DNA of 64,000 nt. Source: an uncultured virus (IMG/VR IMGVR_UViG_3300025141_012307). Lineage: Duplodnaviria > Heunggongvirae > Uroviricota > Caudoviricetes. Both the position numbers and the translations under genes were made by a program. Below are positions 16,882 to 27,626 of the stretch, in pieces; position 1 is the first letter of the stretch; every line of letters starts with the position of its first letter. Under the pieces are notes generated by a model that saw nothing but the letters and a program-made list of their open reading frames with translations, was not told where the DNA came from and did no database searches. The stretch lies in the IMG/VR virus record IMGVR_UViG_3300025141_012307. One strand, written 5' to 3'.

Positions 16882-18182
16882 GCAACAAGGTTAAAAAAGT
16901 ATTATTAGTCGGCCCAATCCTGTCGAATAGTGGGTATGGTGAGCATGCCAGGTGTGTTTTGCGTTCTCTTATCAGGAACATAGAGAAGTTTGATATTTAT
17001 ATAGCACCAACATCCTGGGGCGCAACGTCTACAGACACCAGGGACACACCCGAAAACAAATTCATCATTAATTGCATCAAGAGGACACAACAGTATAAGG
17101 AAGGTAAATATGACATTTCCCTCCAGGTTGCTCTTCCTAATGAGTGGAAGAAAATAGCTCCAATAAATATAGGCATCACAGCGGCGGTTGAAACAGATAG
17201 GTGTAACCCAGAATGGATCCGCAATTGTAATGAGATGGATAAGGTTATTACGATATCTGAGCATGCTAGTACATCCCTCACTAAGCACGCTTACCCACTA
17301 CAGGATAAACAAGGGAACCATGTTGGAACCCTTAGTTGTGAGAATAATCCCAAGGTGATAGGGTACCCGGTCAAGGAATATATTCCTGATGATTTCTCTA
17401 AAAATTTAAATATCTCAGAGAAATGTTTCTTATCTGTTGCTCAGTTCGCTCCACGAAAAAATGTTGAGGCTCTTATCCGATCTTTTGTGGAAGAATTTAA
17501 GGAAGAAGAAGTTGGACTAGTGTTAAAGGCAAATATGGTAACAGACTCAATTATTGACCGTCGAAACACCAGCCAACTAATTGGGCAAATGCTTAAAGCG
17601 ATAGACCCAAAGGATAAACGCAAATGTAAGATTCATCTATTACACGGACGCCTAACCGAGGACGAGCTTCATTCATTGTATAGCGATCCTAGAATATTCG
17701 GATATGTAACGACTACTCATGGAGAGGGTTTTGGACTCCCGGTATTTGAAGCAGTATATTCAGGGCTTCCGGTAATAGCACCAACTTGGTCTGGGTATTT
17801 GGATTTTTTAAAGGCCCCGGTAGTAAACGAGACATCCGGAAAGGTAAGGTCAAAAAACCTATTCCTTAAAACTCGTTTTGAGCTAAAGCCGGTAGATCCC
17901 CGTGCAATTATGCAAGGAATTATCATAGAAGGGTCACAATGGGCATATATCGATGAAAAGCATTTTAAGAAAAATATGAGATCGTTATTAGAATCTCCTA
18001 CATCTTATAGAAATGATGCAAAGATATTACAAGAACACATAAGAAATAAGTTTTCGGAAGAAAAAATATACTCTAAATTCTTAAATGAGATATTGGATTC
18101 CCTTGGCAGCCATCCCGATTTAGCTCCGAAACCGGGGTTAGACGAGGATGACTTTGCTTTATTTAAGACACAAAATCTCTGA
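16878..18182 (+). CDS. GT-B glycosyltransferase (GT4-like)
   Basis: SGYG, RKN, GEGFGLPVFEA, WSGYLDF motifs; ATG at 16878. Confidence 0.88.
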   Translation: MSNKVKKVLLVGPILSNSGYGEHARCVLRSLIRNIEKFDIYIAPTSWGATSTDTRDTPENKFIINCIKRTQQYKEGKYDISLQVALPNEWKKIAPINIGITAAVETDRCNPEWIRNCNEMDKVITISEHASTSLTKHAYPLQDKQGNHVGTLSCENNPKVIGYPVKEYIPDDFSKNLNISEKCFLSVAQFAPRKNVEALIRSFVEEFKEEEVGLVLKANMVTDSIIDRRNTSQLIGQMLKAIDPKDKRKCKIHLLHGRLTEDELHSLYSDPRIFGYVTTTHGEGFGLPVFEAVYSGLPVIAPTWSGYLDFLKAPVVNETSGKVRSKNLFLKTRFELKPVDPRAIMQGIIIEGSQWAYIDEKHFKKNMRSLLESPTSYRNDAKILQEHIRNKFSEEKIYSKFLNEILDSLGSHPDLAPKPGLDEDDFALFKTQNL

Positions 18183-19036
18183 TGAAGAAAAAATTAATCC
18201 TTCAACCCGGCAAAATGGGGGATATAGTTATCACCACTCCGATCGCACAATATTATGCGGATCAAGGATACGAGGTAGTGTGGCCCGTATTTGATAACTA
18301 TATAGATTATTTTAAACAGTTCCCAGACATCAAGACATTCTCCTTGGGGGTGTCGATGAATCCTTATGTTTATTACACAAATACACGCATCGATGCAAAT
18401 AACCCAGATGTGTTTATAATGGCGGGGGTTGAATTCTTTCGAAAGTTGGCGGCGTGGTTGACCAAGCAACCCGACCAAGAAGAATACGAGGTTTTAGATT
18501 TTTGTTTTACATTTCCAGGACATCGTAATGACATAAATAATCAAATGACCCAGATTTTCTCAAAAAGAAATAGAAACTGGATTGACTTAAAATATTTTCT
18601 CGCCAATGTTCCTCTGCAAGAGAGGTGGAATTATAGCTGGACCCGCGACTTAGAAAAAGAACAGAAGCTCTATAATTTTATCACTTCTTACGCTAAAGAA
18701 AAGTATGGATCCGAAAAATATTCCATAGTACACCAGTATAAGAATGGAAAAAAACTCCCAGAAGTGGAAGTATCCAATCCAATCAATTTCTCTTATATTA
18801 AAGGTTACGAAATATATGACTGGACGATGGTGTTAGAAAATGCCCAAGCTATTATGTGTGTAGATTCGTGCTTGGCTAATTATGTGGAAGTTATACCATC
18901 TCTGAAAAAGGTAACTAAACATTACCTTGGAAGCGAAGAGCCTCACTTCCACCCCTACATGAGAAACATCTTAATTAACAACTGGATAAACCACTCGGAG
19001 TCTGATGTGGCGTATAACGAATTTTCTCTGGACTAA
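18182..19036 (+). CDS. Putative glycosyltransferase (GT9/heptosyltransferase-like)
   Basis: N-terminal GKMGDIVITTP and C-terminal CVDSCLAN resemble GT9 signatures; adjacent to HldE-like genes. Confidence 0.5.
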   Translation: MKKKLILQPGKMGDIVITTPIAQYYADQGYEVVWPVFDNYIDYFKQFPDIKTFSLGVSMNPYVYYTNTRIDANNPDVFIMAGVEFFRKLAAWLTKQPDQEEYEVLDFCFTFPGHRNDINNQMTQIFSKRNRNWIDLKYFLANVPLQERWNYSWTRDLEKEQKLYNFITSYAKEKYGSEKYSIVHQYKNGKKLPEVEVSNPINFSYIKGYEIYDWTMVLENAQAIMCVDSCLANYVEVIPSLKKVTKHYLGSEEPHFHPYMRNILINNWINHSESDVAYNEFSLD

Positions 19037-19039
19037 GAA

Positions 19040-19438
19040 GTGTTAACAGGATTCACTAACGGATGTTTTGACATTATACATGTTGGCCACCTAAGATTAA
19101 TAAGTTCTCTTACTGAGAGAGTAGATCATCTAGTGGTTGGTATCGATAGTGATCGAATGGTGAGATCTTCCAAGGGTAATGACCGACCCTATAATAACCA
19201 AGAGGATAGAAAATTTTTCCTTGAGAATATTAAAGGCGTGGCGGAAGTTTTTATCTTTGATTCTCACGACGAATTAAGATCCCGGTTAGAGAACTTAAAC
19301 CCGGATCATATGGTGGTAGGGTCAGATTACAGACACAAAGAGGTGATCGGATCAGAACACGCAAAAACTTTATCTTTTTTTGAGGTTATAGATGGATATT
19401 CAAGCACTGAAATCTTACAATATACTTCTTCTGGGTGA
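19040..19438 (+). CDS. RfaE/HldE domain II-like sugar-phosphate nucleotidyltransferase
   Basis: FTNGCFDIIHVGH, VGIDSD, KGNDRP, GSDY, YSST. Confidence 0.85.
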   Translation: MLTGFTNGCFDIIHVGHLRLISSLTERVDHLVVGIDSDRMVRSSKGNDRPYNNQEDRKFFLENIKGVAEVFIFDSHDELRSRLENLNPDHMVVGSDYRHKEVIGSEHAKTLSFFEVIDGYSSTEILQYTSSG

Positions 19439-20186
19439 TAGTTGCACAGACATGTATCATTATGGGGTGTGTGAGCGTCTGAGTCAAGAAGCGCCAGTTC
19501 CCGTCTTTAAGTTGATTTCGACGGAACACAAACCCGGCATGGCATCAAATGTAGAAAAAAATATTCTGGCATTCAACAATAAGGTAACTCTAGTATCTAA
19601 TGACCCTTCTTTAATAACAAAAGAGAGGTTCATCGATAATAAATTCAACCAGCAACTTTTGAGAATAGATAAAGGCGAGGGAGCTTCACTCCAGCCATTA
19701 TCCAAAATCCCTAACAACATAGAAGACTATGACTGTGTAATTATCTCTGATTATAATAAGGGGTTTCTTAGGCACGAAGAGTGCTTAAAGATATCTTCTC
19801 TGTGTGCGCGACATAAAATCCCTTTCTTTGTTGATAGTAAAAAGCAAGATTTATCATGTTTTGAGGGTGCTATTTTGAAGATAAATAAAAAAGAAGCTGA
19901 ACAGGTGGTAAAATATCCTATAAACTATGATATAATTATTACATTGGGTGGCTCTGGTGCCCAATGGTTGGACAACTGTATACCTTCGATCGCGACTGAA
20001 GTGTTTGATGTTTGCGGCGCAGGAGATACTTTTTTTGCATCTTTGGTAGAGGAATTTTTGAATACAAAAGATATGATAAAATCTATACAATATGCCAACC
20101 GGTGCGCGTCCATAACTGTATCAAAAATTGGAGCCCACGCTCTGACTGCCGAAGAGGTCTGTGAAGTAAATGAAATTAAAGTCTAA
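19392..20186 (+). CDS. RfaE/HldE domain I-like PfkB sugar kinase
   Basis: GD...D.Y.YG...RLSQEAPVPV, ISDYNKG, VDSK, DVCGAGDTF. Confidence 0.87.
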   Translation: MDIQALKSYNILLLGDSCTDMYHYGVCERLSQEAPVPVFKLISTEHKPGMASNVEKNILAFNNKVTLVSNDPSLITKERFIDNKFNQQLLRIDKGEGASLQPLSKIPNNIEDYDCVIISDYNKGFLRHEECLKISSLCARHKIPFFVDSKKQDLSCFEGAILKINKKEAEQVVKYPINYDIIITLGGSGAQWLDNCIPSIATEVFDVCGAGDTFFASLVEEFLNTKDMIKSIQYANRCASITVSKIGAHALTAEEVCEVNEIKV

Positions 20187-20940
20187 AATCGCATCTGCAA
20201 GTTCAATCGAGGAAAAGATCCTCTGCCTACAGGACTCCTATAAGGGGAGAGATTGTTATATCTTGACTTGCGGTCAATCATTGAACGAGTATTCTAAAAA
20301 GGAACTTGATGATCTTTTGGCAGACGAATTAGTCCTCAGTGTGAAACAGGCATACAACCGGCACCCCGAGATTAGTGATTTTCACTTTTTTAATTGTTGT
20401 AATCTTCCTGTAGGAGAGGATAAATTCATACATTACGACTATAAAGATTCCGATACTATTTCTATAACTTCTAGTAATTATTCTCCCGCTCTTCGGTGGT
20501 CTCCGTATCAAGAACATGATATTTTCCTAAAAGTCCCGATCCGAACGGAGAAAAACAATGAGTTTATTTGCCGCACTAAGAACTTTGATAAGTTTCTCCT
20601 AAGCAACGGACACCAAAGACCATCAGGGCCAGGGATCATGCTAGAGACAGTCATATATACAGCAGTTCATCTTGGGGTAAAGAACATATATGCCCTTGGT
20701 TGGGACTTGAGCGCCAAGAACATCACCAAGGTTGACGAATATAACCACTTTTTTGGTTCAACATTGGATTTGTTGAACCGGGGAGACATGTTAGATTGGG
20801 AGATAGGGGAAACAAGATCCGCATCAAAAGAGTTGTATTATTGGCTACAGTCCAAGGGAATATCTTTACATCTTGTTTCATCTCAAAGTTCTCTATATGA
20901 AAACATACCCCGTGTTAGATTAGAGGATATCCAACAATGA
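20170..20940 (+). CDS. Maf/DUF115-like protein (possible ulosonic acid transferase-like)
   Basis: YKGRDCYILTCGQSL and AVHLGVKNIYALGWDL motifs. Confidence 0.6.
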   Translation: MKLKSKIASASSIEEKILCLQDSYKGRDCYILTCGQSLNEYSKKELDDLLADELVLSVKQAYNRHPEISDFHFFNCCNLPVGEDKFIHYDYKDSDTISITSSNYSPALRWSPYQEHDIFLKVPIRTEKNNEFICRTKNFDKFLLSNGHQRPSGPGIMLETVIYTAVHLGVKNIYALGWDLSAKNITKVDEYNHFFGSTLDLLNRGDMLDWEIGETRSASKELYYWLQSKGISLHLVSSQSSLYENIPRVRLEDIQQ

Positions 20941-21302
20941 AGAAGCCTGATACCTCATTAGTTAATTTTGTCCCAAAGGGGTGGGGATTCGAAAAATGGA
21001 TCGCCAACTCAGAAGAATATTGTGGAAAGCTTCTATATTTCGTAAAAGGAAAACAATGCTCTTGGCACTATCACAAGCTTAAAGATGAGGTCTTTTATAT
21101 ACAATCTGGACGAGTTCTAGTAAAATATGGTGAGTCCGATGATATTAAAGAGTCCAACGAGCTTATTTTATCAAAGGGTGAGAGGTTCCACGTAACACGA
21201 GGACTTCGCCATCGCATTATTGCTCTTGAGGATACTGAGTTATATGAATTTTCAACACAGCATTTTGATAGTGATAGCTATCGCCTAGCGAAAGGAGATT
21301 GA
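20937..21302 (+). CDS. Cupin-fold protein (sugar isomerase-like)
   Basis: VPKGWGFE, CSWHYHKLKDEVF, HRIIA, EFSTQHFDSD. Confidence 0.75.
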   Translation: MKKPDTSLVNFVPKGWGFEKWIANSEEYCGKLLYFVKGKQCSWHYHKLKDEVFYIQSGRVLVKYGESDDIKESNELILSKGERFHVTRGLRHRIIALEDTELYEFSTQHFDSDSYRLAKGD

Positions 21303-21390
21303 TTATTAACTATACAATTCTCTGTGGCATAGTGTATACTGTTCCTGAGAGAAAATTATTTACCTCAATGTAACAATGTAAGGATGTACA

Positions 21391-22230
21391 ATGTCAGATA
21401 CTAATGCTTTTATTATTGCAGAAGTGGGGATCAACCACAACGGAGATATAAAAATAGCAAAAAAGCTTATTGATATCGCCCATAGTTCCGGCTGTGACGC
21501 AGTAAAGTTTCAAAAAAGAACTATCAATACCGTTTATTCCGAGGATGTCCTTGACTGTCCCCGAGAGAGCCCCTGGGGAACCACCCAGAGACAACAAAAA
21601 GAGGGATTAGAATTCGGGAAGGAAGAATATGACATAATTGATGAGCACTGTAGAGAATTGGGGATCAAGTGGACATCCTCTGCTTGGGATATTGAAAGCC
21701 TATATTTTATTAATAATTACAATGTCCCGTTTCATAAAGTCGCTTCTGCTATGTTAACTCATACAGAGTTTCTTAATGAAGTAGCTAAGTGCAGGAAACA
21801 TACTTATATTTCCACAGGACTATCAACAATGGAACATGTCGATGCTGCGGTAGAAATATTTAAAAATAATGACTGCCCCTTTACTCTTCTGCATTGTGTG
21901 TCAACTTACCCGACAAAAGAAGAAGATAGTAATCTTTTGACTATAAAATCTTTAGAGGAAAAGTATGGCTGTGGTGTCGGATATAGTGGACATGAATCTG
22001 GCGGACTACCTACCCTTGTGGCCGCGGCATTAGGAGCACCAGTTATTGAGAGGCACATAACCTTAGATAAGGAAATGTATGGATCGGATCAGTCAGCTTC
22101 TTTGAATCCAAAAGAATTAAAAGAGTTGGTTTCCACTATTAGACAAGTTCAGAAAATTCTCGGGAACGGAAAAAAATCTTTACTCGACGATGAGATTCCA
22201 ATTGCCAATAAATTAAGGTACTGGGAATAG
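21391..22230 (+). CDS. neuB: NeuB-family nonulosonate synthase (short form, no C-terminal AFP-like domain)
   Basis: IIAEVGINHNG, DAVKFQKR, KVAS, ISTG, LHCVSTYP, GYSGHE, IERHITLD. Confidence 0.9.
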   Translation: MSDTNAFIIAEVGINHNGDIKIAKKLIDIAHSSGCDAVKFQKRTINTVYSEDVLDCPRESPWGTTQRQQKEGLEFGKEEYDIIDEHCRELGIKWTSSAWDIESLYFINNYNVPFHKVASAMLTHTEFLNEVAKCRKHTYISTGLSTMEHVDAAVEIFKNNDCPFTLLHCVSTYPTKEEDSNLLTIKSLEEKYGCGVGYSGHESGGLPTLVAAALGAPVIERHITLDKEMYGSDQSASLNPKELKELVSTIRQVQKILGNGKKSLLDDEIPIANKLRYWE

Positions 22231-22238
22231 AAGAAAAG

Positions 22239-22928
22239 GTGAAAGTATTAATAACAGGTGCTACTGGGGGACTAGGGAGAGAGCTAGCATCTCAGTATGC
22301 TATGGCAGGACATGATTTATGTTTGGTAGCAAGGGACAAGTATAAACTAAACGATATTAATTCTAAACTATCAAGCCAATGTAAAATATCGATTATGACG
22401 ATCGCTGCCAACCTACAAGACCCAGAGGAATTAAATAAAGTAGTGTCTCAGGCTTCTTCCTGGGACGATGGTATAGATATCCTGATTAACTGCGCAGCTT
22501 TATTTAATGTAGAATCGATTACAGAAGTAGGTATAGATGATTTTGACTCTTGTTTTAACTTAAATGTTCGAGCACCATATTTTTTGTCAATATCTCTACA
22601 AAAAAAAGGTAATCTAAAGCAAATAATAAATATAGGATCATCTTCTGCTTACGCAGGGTTCAAAGATACCACCCTCTATTGTGCATCTAAGCATGCCCTC
22701 CTTGGACTTTCCAGATCATTATTTGAGGAATATAGAGACACTGGTACAAGAGTTTTCTTCATTGCTCCAGGGTCGATTCAGACACCCATGGGGGAAAAAG
22801 TACCCAATCAGGACTATTCTACATTTATCGATCCAAAAGAATTGGCCGAATACATTTATTCTACTACGAATAGAGACAGTAATATGATTATTCAAGAAGT
22901 GCGAGTCAATCGATACAATGTCCAATGA
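22239..22928 (+). CDS. SDR oxidoreductase
   Basis: TGATGGLG, INCAA, YCASK. Confidence 0.88.
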   Translation: MKVLITGATGGLGRELASQYAMAGHDLCLVARDKYKLNDINSKLSSQCKISIMTIAANLQDPEELNKVVSQASSWDDGIDILINCAALFNVESITEVGIDDFDSCFNLNVRAPYFLSISLQKKGNLKQIINIGSSSAYAGFKDTTLYCASKHALLGLSRSLFEEYRDTGTRVFFIAPGSIQTPMGEKVPNQDYSTFIDPKELAEYIYSTTNRDSNMIIQEVRVNRYNVQ

Positions 22929-23694
22929 TTATATGCAACTAAGACTGTTAGATGGAAAAAGAGTTCTAGTTACTGGCGCAGCAGGCGGATTAGGTTCGGT
23001 GATCTGTGAGTATTTAGCTAAATTTGGAGCTATTGTATTTCTGACTGATAGCGATAGAAGCAAGTTGCAGAAAACATACGAGTCTTTAAAAAAGAAAGAA
23101 CACGATTGTTATATGAAATGCGCCGACCTGACAAATGATGAGCAGATTGGTGAATTAATAGAATCGCTATATATACACACTTCCCAACTTGACGGAATTG
23201 TAAATTGTGCTGGGGTGACATTCCCCCAGAATACAGAGGTATATTCAGATAACATGTGGGAGAAGACGTTAAAAATAAATTTAACTGCTCCCTATAAGAT
23301 ATGCAAAAATATTGTGCCCCTAATGAAAGACCATGGTGGGTCAATTATTAATATTACAAGCTTAAATTCTGAACTAGCTTTCCCCAACAACCCTGCTTAT
23401 GTTGCCAGCAAGGGAGGTTTGAAACAATTAACTAAATCTTTAGCCATTGATTTGGGGAAGTATAATATCCGGGCAAACAACATAGGGCCAGGTTACATGA
23501 AGACAGAGATGACAAAAAGAAGCTGGTCTAACGAGAAAATATATAATGAAAGAAAAAATAAGACGGCCTTGGGTCGGTGGGGAAAGCCCGAAGATATTGC
23601 TGGCACGGTAGTATTCCTTTGTTCTAACCTATCTGAATATATCACTGGACAAGATATTTATGTTGACGGCGGATGGCTGTCGAAAGGACTATAG
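22918..23694 (+). CDS. SDR oxidoreductase
   Basis: TGAAGGLG, VNCAG, YVASK, ITGQDIYVDGG. Confidence 0.9.
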   Translation: MSNDYMQLRLLDGKRVLVTGAAGGLGSVICEYLAKFGAIVFLTDSDRSKLQKTYESLKKKEHDCYMKCADLTNDEQIGELIESLYIHTSQLDGIVNCAGVTFPQNTEVYSDNMWEKTLKINLTAPYKICKNIVPLMKDHGGSIINITSLNSELAFPNNPAYVASKGGLKQLTKSLAIDLGKYNIRANNIGPGYMKTEMTKRSWSNEKIYNERKNKTALGRWGKPEDIAGTVVFLCSNLSEYITGQDIYVDGGWLSKGL

Positions 23695-23695
23695 A

Positions 23696-24403
23696 ATGAA
23701 GAAAGACTTAAATGATATCTGCTTAGTTATACAAGCCAGGCTTTCATCTGAGCGACTTCCAAAAAAAATGCTCTTGCCATTTTCTGATACAAACATTATG
23801 GACATCGCCCTAGAAAAAATAACCCATATCAAAGCTATAGACTGGAAAAAGTCTTTTTATTTGTCGGCGTATGAGCCAGAATTGAAAAATGTTGCAGAAA
23901 AGTACGGACTACAGGTTTTTCACAGAAGCAGAGAATCTGCGTTCTCAGAGGGAAATCCTATGGGAGAAATGTATGAATGGCATGATAAACTAGGTTTTAA
24001 ATATTGTATTCTTATTAATGCCTGCGCCCCATTTCTAAAGCCAGAGACAATTGATTCATTTATAAATTCATTTGCCAATAGCGAATCAGAGGGAATGTTT
24101 GGCGTAATGAAGAAGAAGAATTATTTTTGGAACAAGGGCGGAGAATTAGTAACTCCATGGCCTGCCGGGCAAGACTGTCTAAACACGAAAGAAGTAGAAG
24201 AGACCTTAGAAGCTGCCCATTGTTTATATGCCGGGAGACTAGATACTATTAAAGATGGGGTATGGATGGGAGACTTTAATAGTCCAGGTGACATTGAACT
24301 TTTCCCAATGGAAGAATTTGAGTGCCTTGATATAGATTATCCTTGGGAATTTAAAATGTGTGAATCCATATATCTTTCAAATCAGAGGGAGAAACCAAAG
24401 TGA
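23696..24403 (+). CDS. NeuA/KdsB-like acylneuraminate cytidylyltransferase
   Basis: IQARLSSERLPKK, ACAPFL, CLDIDYPWEF; ATG at 23696. Confidence 0.8.
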   Translation: MKKDLNDICLVIQARLSSERLPKKMLLPFSDTNIMDIALEKITHIKAIDWKKSFYLSAYEPELKNVAEKYGLQVFHRSRESAFSEGNPMGEMYEWHDKLGFKYCILINACAPFLKPETIDSFINSFANSESEGMFGVMKKKNYFWNKGGELVTPWPAGQDCLNTKEVEETLEAAHCLYAGRLDTIKDGVWMGDFNSPGDIELFPMEEFECLDIDYPWEFKMCESIYLSNQREKPK

Positions 24404-25233
24404 AAAAAACGTATATTATAGCAGAAATTGGGATTAATCATAACGGTGATTTAGACATAGCAAAAAAATTAATAGATATTGCTTCCGTATCCGGCTGCGA
24501 TGCAGTTAAGTTCCAGAAGAGAAACCCAGATGCCTGCGTCCCAGAGCACCAAAAAGGAGTAATGAAGTCTACTCCATGGGGCGAGATGACATATTTGGAA
24601 TATAAATATAAAGTAGAATTTGAAAAAGAAGAGTATGACGAAATTGATCGGTATTGCAAGGAAAGAAATATTGAATGGTCAGCTTCTCCGTGGGATTTAG
24701 ATAGTTTAAACTTTCTTATGCAATATGATATACCGTTTATAAAGATCCCCTCGGCAATGATTACTAACGAATCCCTAATGAAGGCTTCTGCAAAAACAGG
24801 GAAGAAGATAATTATTTCAACAGGGATGAGTACGGAAGAGGAGATCGACCAGGCCGTAGCCTGGACAAAGAACAACGATTTGGGTATTTTGCATTGCAAT
24901 TCAACATATCCAGCCCCGTTAGAAGATCTTAATTTATCCTATATCAAGGAGCTTAAGAGAAAATATCCAGATCATGAAGTGGGATATAGCGGACATGAAT
25001 TTCGATTAGGAACGACTGTTGCTTCAGTATACCTAGGGGCATCTATCGTGGAGAGGCATATTACCCTTGACCGCCAAATGTGGGGATCTGATCACCTAGG
25101 ATCGGTAGAGCCCCAAGGATTAATAAAGCTTGTTAACGGAATCCGAGAGCTTGAGTTGTCTTATGGTGATGGCATTAAAGAGATAACCCCAGGTGAGAAG
25201 GTAATTCGAAAAAAATTAAGAAATAACCAATGA
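24400..25233 (+). CDS. neuB: Second short NeuB-family synthase
   Basis: IIAEIGINHNG, DAVKFQKR, KIPS, ISTGMS, LHCNSTYP, GYSGHE, VERHITLD. Confidence 0.9.
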   Translation: MKKTYIIAEIGINHNGDLDIAKKLIDIASVSGCDAVKFQKRNPDACVPEHQKGVMKSTPWGEMTYLEYKYKVEFEKEEYDEIDRYCKERNIEWSASPWDLDSLNFLMQYDIPFIKIPSAMITNESLMKASAKTGKKIIISTGMSTEEEIDQAVAWTKNNDLGILHCNSTYPAPLEDLNLSYIKELKRKYPDHEVGYSGHEFRLGTTVASVYLGASIVERHITLDRQMWGSDHLGSVEPQGLIKLVNGIRELELSYGDGIKEITPGEKVIRKKLRNNQ

Positions 25234-26273
25234 ATATTGATCTAAACACTGTCTGGAATAACTGTACATTAGTGTATAATCCCGCGAGCCCTGATAAAAG
25301 TTCGCCCGAAGAGTTATTGCTAAGGGGATCATACGCATGGGCTTCGTTTCTACAAAAAATTAGAATGAATAACGGCGTAATCTCTAATAATGTTTGGTAT
25401 GATGCGGTTAAAGATGTATGTTTTGGCGCAGATCTTACTTGGTTAAACGAGAACCCACATAAGTCTTCTTTTATATGCAGTAGAGAATCTTTTTTAGATT
25501 CGGACAGATATGGAAAAAACTGTTTCACAAGACCATCGGGAAGAGAGCCGGCTAATTTACCACCATCTCATTGGCTCTACCGTGATATCATTACAGATAT
25601 AAAGCGCCCTTCGGAAAACTCTGTATCCAGAGTGCTGGTTATTGGCGCTGGACCATCTACTAAGGAAAATATTGATAAAATCAATTTTGAAGAATACGAC
25701 AAGATTATATCTTGTAACCATTTTTTTATCTCTGATATATTAGGGGAAAATAAAAACAAGGTTGATTATGCTATCTTGGGAAGAGAGGTGGATTTATCTA
25801 GAAACAATAAGGACTTGCATAATTTTTTAAAGAATAGTGATACAAAGATTGTGTTTGAGACAGTAAACGATGGCTCGATGGAAAGAGACATTGCGACCCA
25901 GAGTGAATTTGTTAAAGAATATGCATCGCGAGTTAACTATGTTAATTTTAGGTATAGGAGTAAGCTCGGATCTGCCCCGCGCTTGGTTATTTTGGCTTCG
26001 TACCTGCAACCGAGTTCAATTGATATTGTCGGGATGGATGGAAAATCAGAGAATACAAAATTAGGAGACCTTCATAATCACGCATTCCAGAAAAATAAAA
26101 GATATAATCAGGCTACTGCCGGGTATCATTTGTGCAAAAGACAGTATGTTGAATTTTGGGATTATGTCGCTAATGTTCTTTCTGCCGGCGGAAAGATAAA
26201 ATTCAACAACCTAGGGGAGGGACACGAAATGAACCAATCATCTGAAATAACTAAAACAGGGATATTTAAATGA
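25230..26273 (+). CDS. Protein with Maf/sialyltransferase-like C-terminal domain
   Basis: VLVIGAGPS, IISCNHF, IDIVGMDG motifs resemble GT42/DUF115-type folds. Confidence 0.5.
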   Translation: MNIDLNTVWNNCTLVYNPASPDKSSPEELLLRGSYAWASFLQKIRMNNGVISNNVWYDAVKDVCFGADLTWLNENPHKSSFICSRESFLDSDRYGKNCFTRPSGREPANLPPSHWLYRDIITDIKRPSENSVSRVLVIGAGPSTKENIDKINFEEYDKIISCNHFFISDILGENKNKVDYAILGREVDLSRNNKDLHNFLKNSDTKIVFETVNDGSMERDIATQSEFVKEYASRVNYVNFRYRSKLGSAPRLVILASYLQPSSIDIVGMDGKSENTKLGDLHNHAFQKNKRYNQATAGYHLCKRQYVEFWDYVANVLSAGGKIKFNNLGEGHEMNQSSEITKTGIFK

Positions 26274-27226
26274 GTGTTTTTACTCCCCTCGAACTCATCA
26301 TGTTCCAGACTCATAATGGAGTTTTTAGCAGGCTAGACTTAGTTGTCCGTTATCTTTATTTAGAAGGGCTATACGGAGAAAAGGATTTCAAGGAGTGTCT
26401 TGATTTATATGAAAAAATGCAGCTTCAGCGCGCAGGAACAACATACCATATCAGTGGACGTCCGTGTAAGGAAGAATTCGAGATATTATCTGAAAGCTTT
26501 AAAGCCAGTGGGTATTTAGATGAATTCCCTCTGTTGGTTAATGAGGCTGGACATCTCATAAACTCTTCACACCGAGCCGCATGTTCTTTATATTTTGAAA
26601 TAGAAAAGTTGCCATATGAAATAGTGAAAGACTGGCGATCGGCCATTGTAAATAAGAAAGCACAAAAAAAGACATATCTAGAGTACGGGAATGCTTGGTT
26701 TGAAGAGAATGATTTTTCAAAAGAAGAGATGAATATTATTCATACTAAGAGGAAAGAACTATTTCTATCGGTTGGGCACTGTTTTATTTTTGTTCTGTGG
26801 GATCCCGCAAAAGATGTTTATAAAGAGATTACAAAGGACATAGAAAAAGACTTTGAAATTTTAAAAGTTAGCGACTTCGAAATCAAAGATAAACAAAAAT
26901 ATGTAGAACTCGGGCTAGAACTTTATAAACCAGATGATATTCGAGAGTGGAAACTAAAAGAGAAGTTTGAGAACATGGGCTCTTATAAGAATATTCGCAT
27001 TATATATGCCCATAGATGGACACCAACATTCCGAAATAAAACACAGGAACCAAATAAGATACTTTGTAAAGAGGTCGAAAAGGTTAAAAAACACATTAGA
27101 GAAACATACAAAGAGAACATCCCAGATTACTACTTTGATAACATAGTACATGCTGGTGACAACTTCGACCATACATCACAGATGATCGAAACAATTAAAA
27201 ATTTTGAAAAACAAAATGAAAGTTAA
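26270..27226 (+). CDS. Hypothetical protein of the glycosylation cluster
   Basis: Translationally coupled; LINSSHRAAC resembles a ParB-like DGxHR segment; VHAGDN at the C-terminus. Confidence 0.5.
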   Translation: MSVFTPLELIMFQTHNGVFSRLDLVVRYLYLEGLYGEKDFKECLDLYEKMQLQRAGTTYHISGRPCKEEFEILSESFKASGYLDEFPLLVNEAGHLINSSHRAACSLYFEIEKLPYEIVKDWRSAIVNKKAQKKTYLEYGNAWFEENDFSKEEMNIIHTKRKELFLSVGHCFIFVLWDPAKDVYKEITKDIEKDFEILKVSDFEIKDKQKYVELGLELYKPDDIREWKLKEKFENMGSYKNIRIIYAHRWTPTFRNKTQEPNKILCKEVEKVKKHIRETYKENIPDYYFDNIVHAGDNFDHTSQMIETIKNFEKQNES

Positions 27227-27626
27227 CCACCTAACACAGTTTAAAGAATTTATAACAGAGACACAACTTTCCCCAGATGATTTTTGTATAGTAGGGTCTG
27301 CTGTTTTGGCAACCCTGGGGATACGAGAGAATAATGATGTTGATTTTATCTGTCTTCGTCAAAATCGAGAAGAGATTAAAGAACTTTTAAATAAAAGAAA
27401 AGATAAATACAACAAAGTTGATCTCGTTAAAGAAGACTGGATTTTTTTCGATGAGAATTATACAGACGATATATTAATCAATAGTCAAGATAATCATTAT
27501 AATGAATATGGGCTTAAATTTGTAAATATTGAACTGCTTTTCCGACGCAAGAGTGTCACTATGCGCAAAAAAGATAAGATGGATTTAGATAAGATAAGGG
27601 AATATATTGATAGAAGCGAGAATTGA
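27216..27626 (+). CDS. Nucleotidyltransferase-fold (pol-beta-like) hypothetical protein
   Basis: IVGSAVLA...GIR..NDVD and terminal KDxxD pattern. Confidence 0.55.
   Translation: MKVNHLTQFKEFITETQLSPDDFCIVGSAVLATLGIRENNDVDFICLRQNREEIKELLNKRKDKYNKVDLVKEDWIFFDENYTDDILINSQDNHYNEYGLKFVNIELLFRRKSVTMRKKDKMDLDKIREYIDRSEN

Noticed and set aside
21303..21390. Promoter upstream of the first neuB
   Set aside because: A TATACT hexamer is present at 21335-21340, but there is no convincing -35 element; too weak to call.
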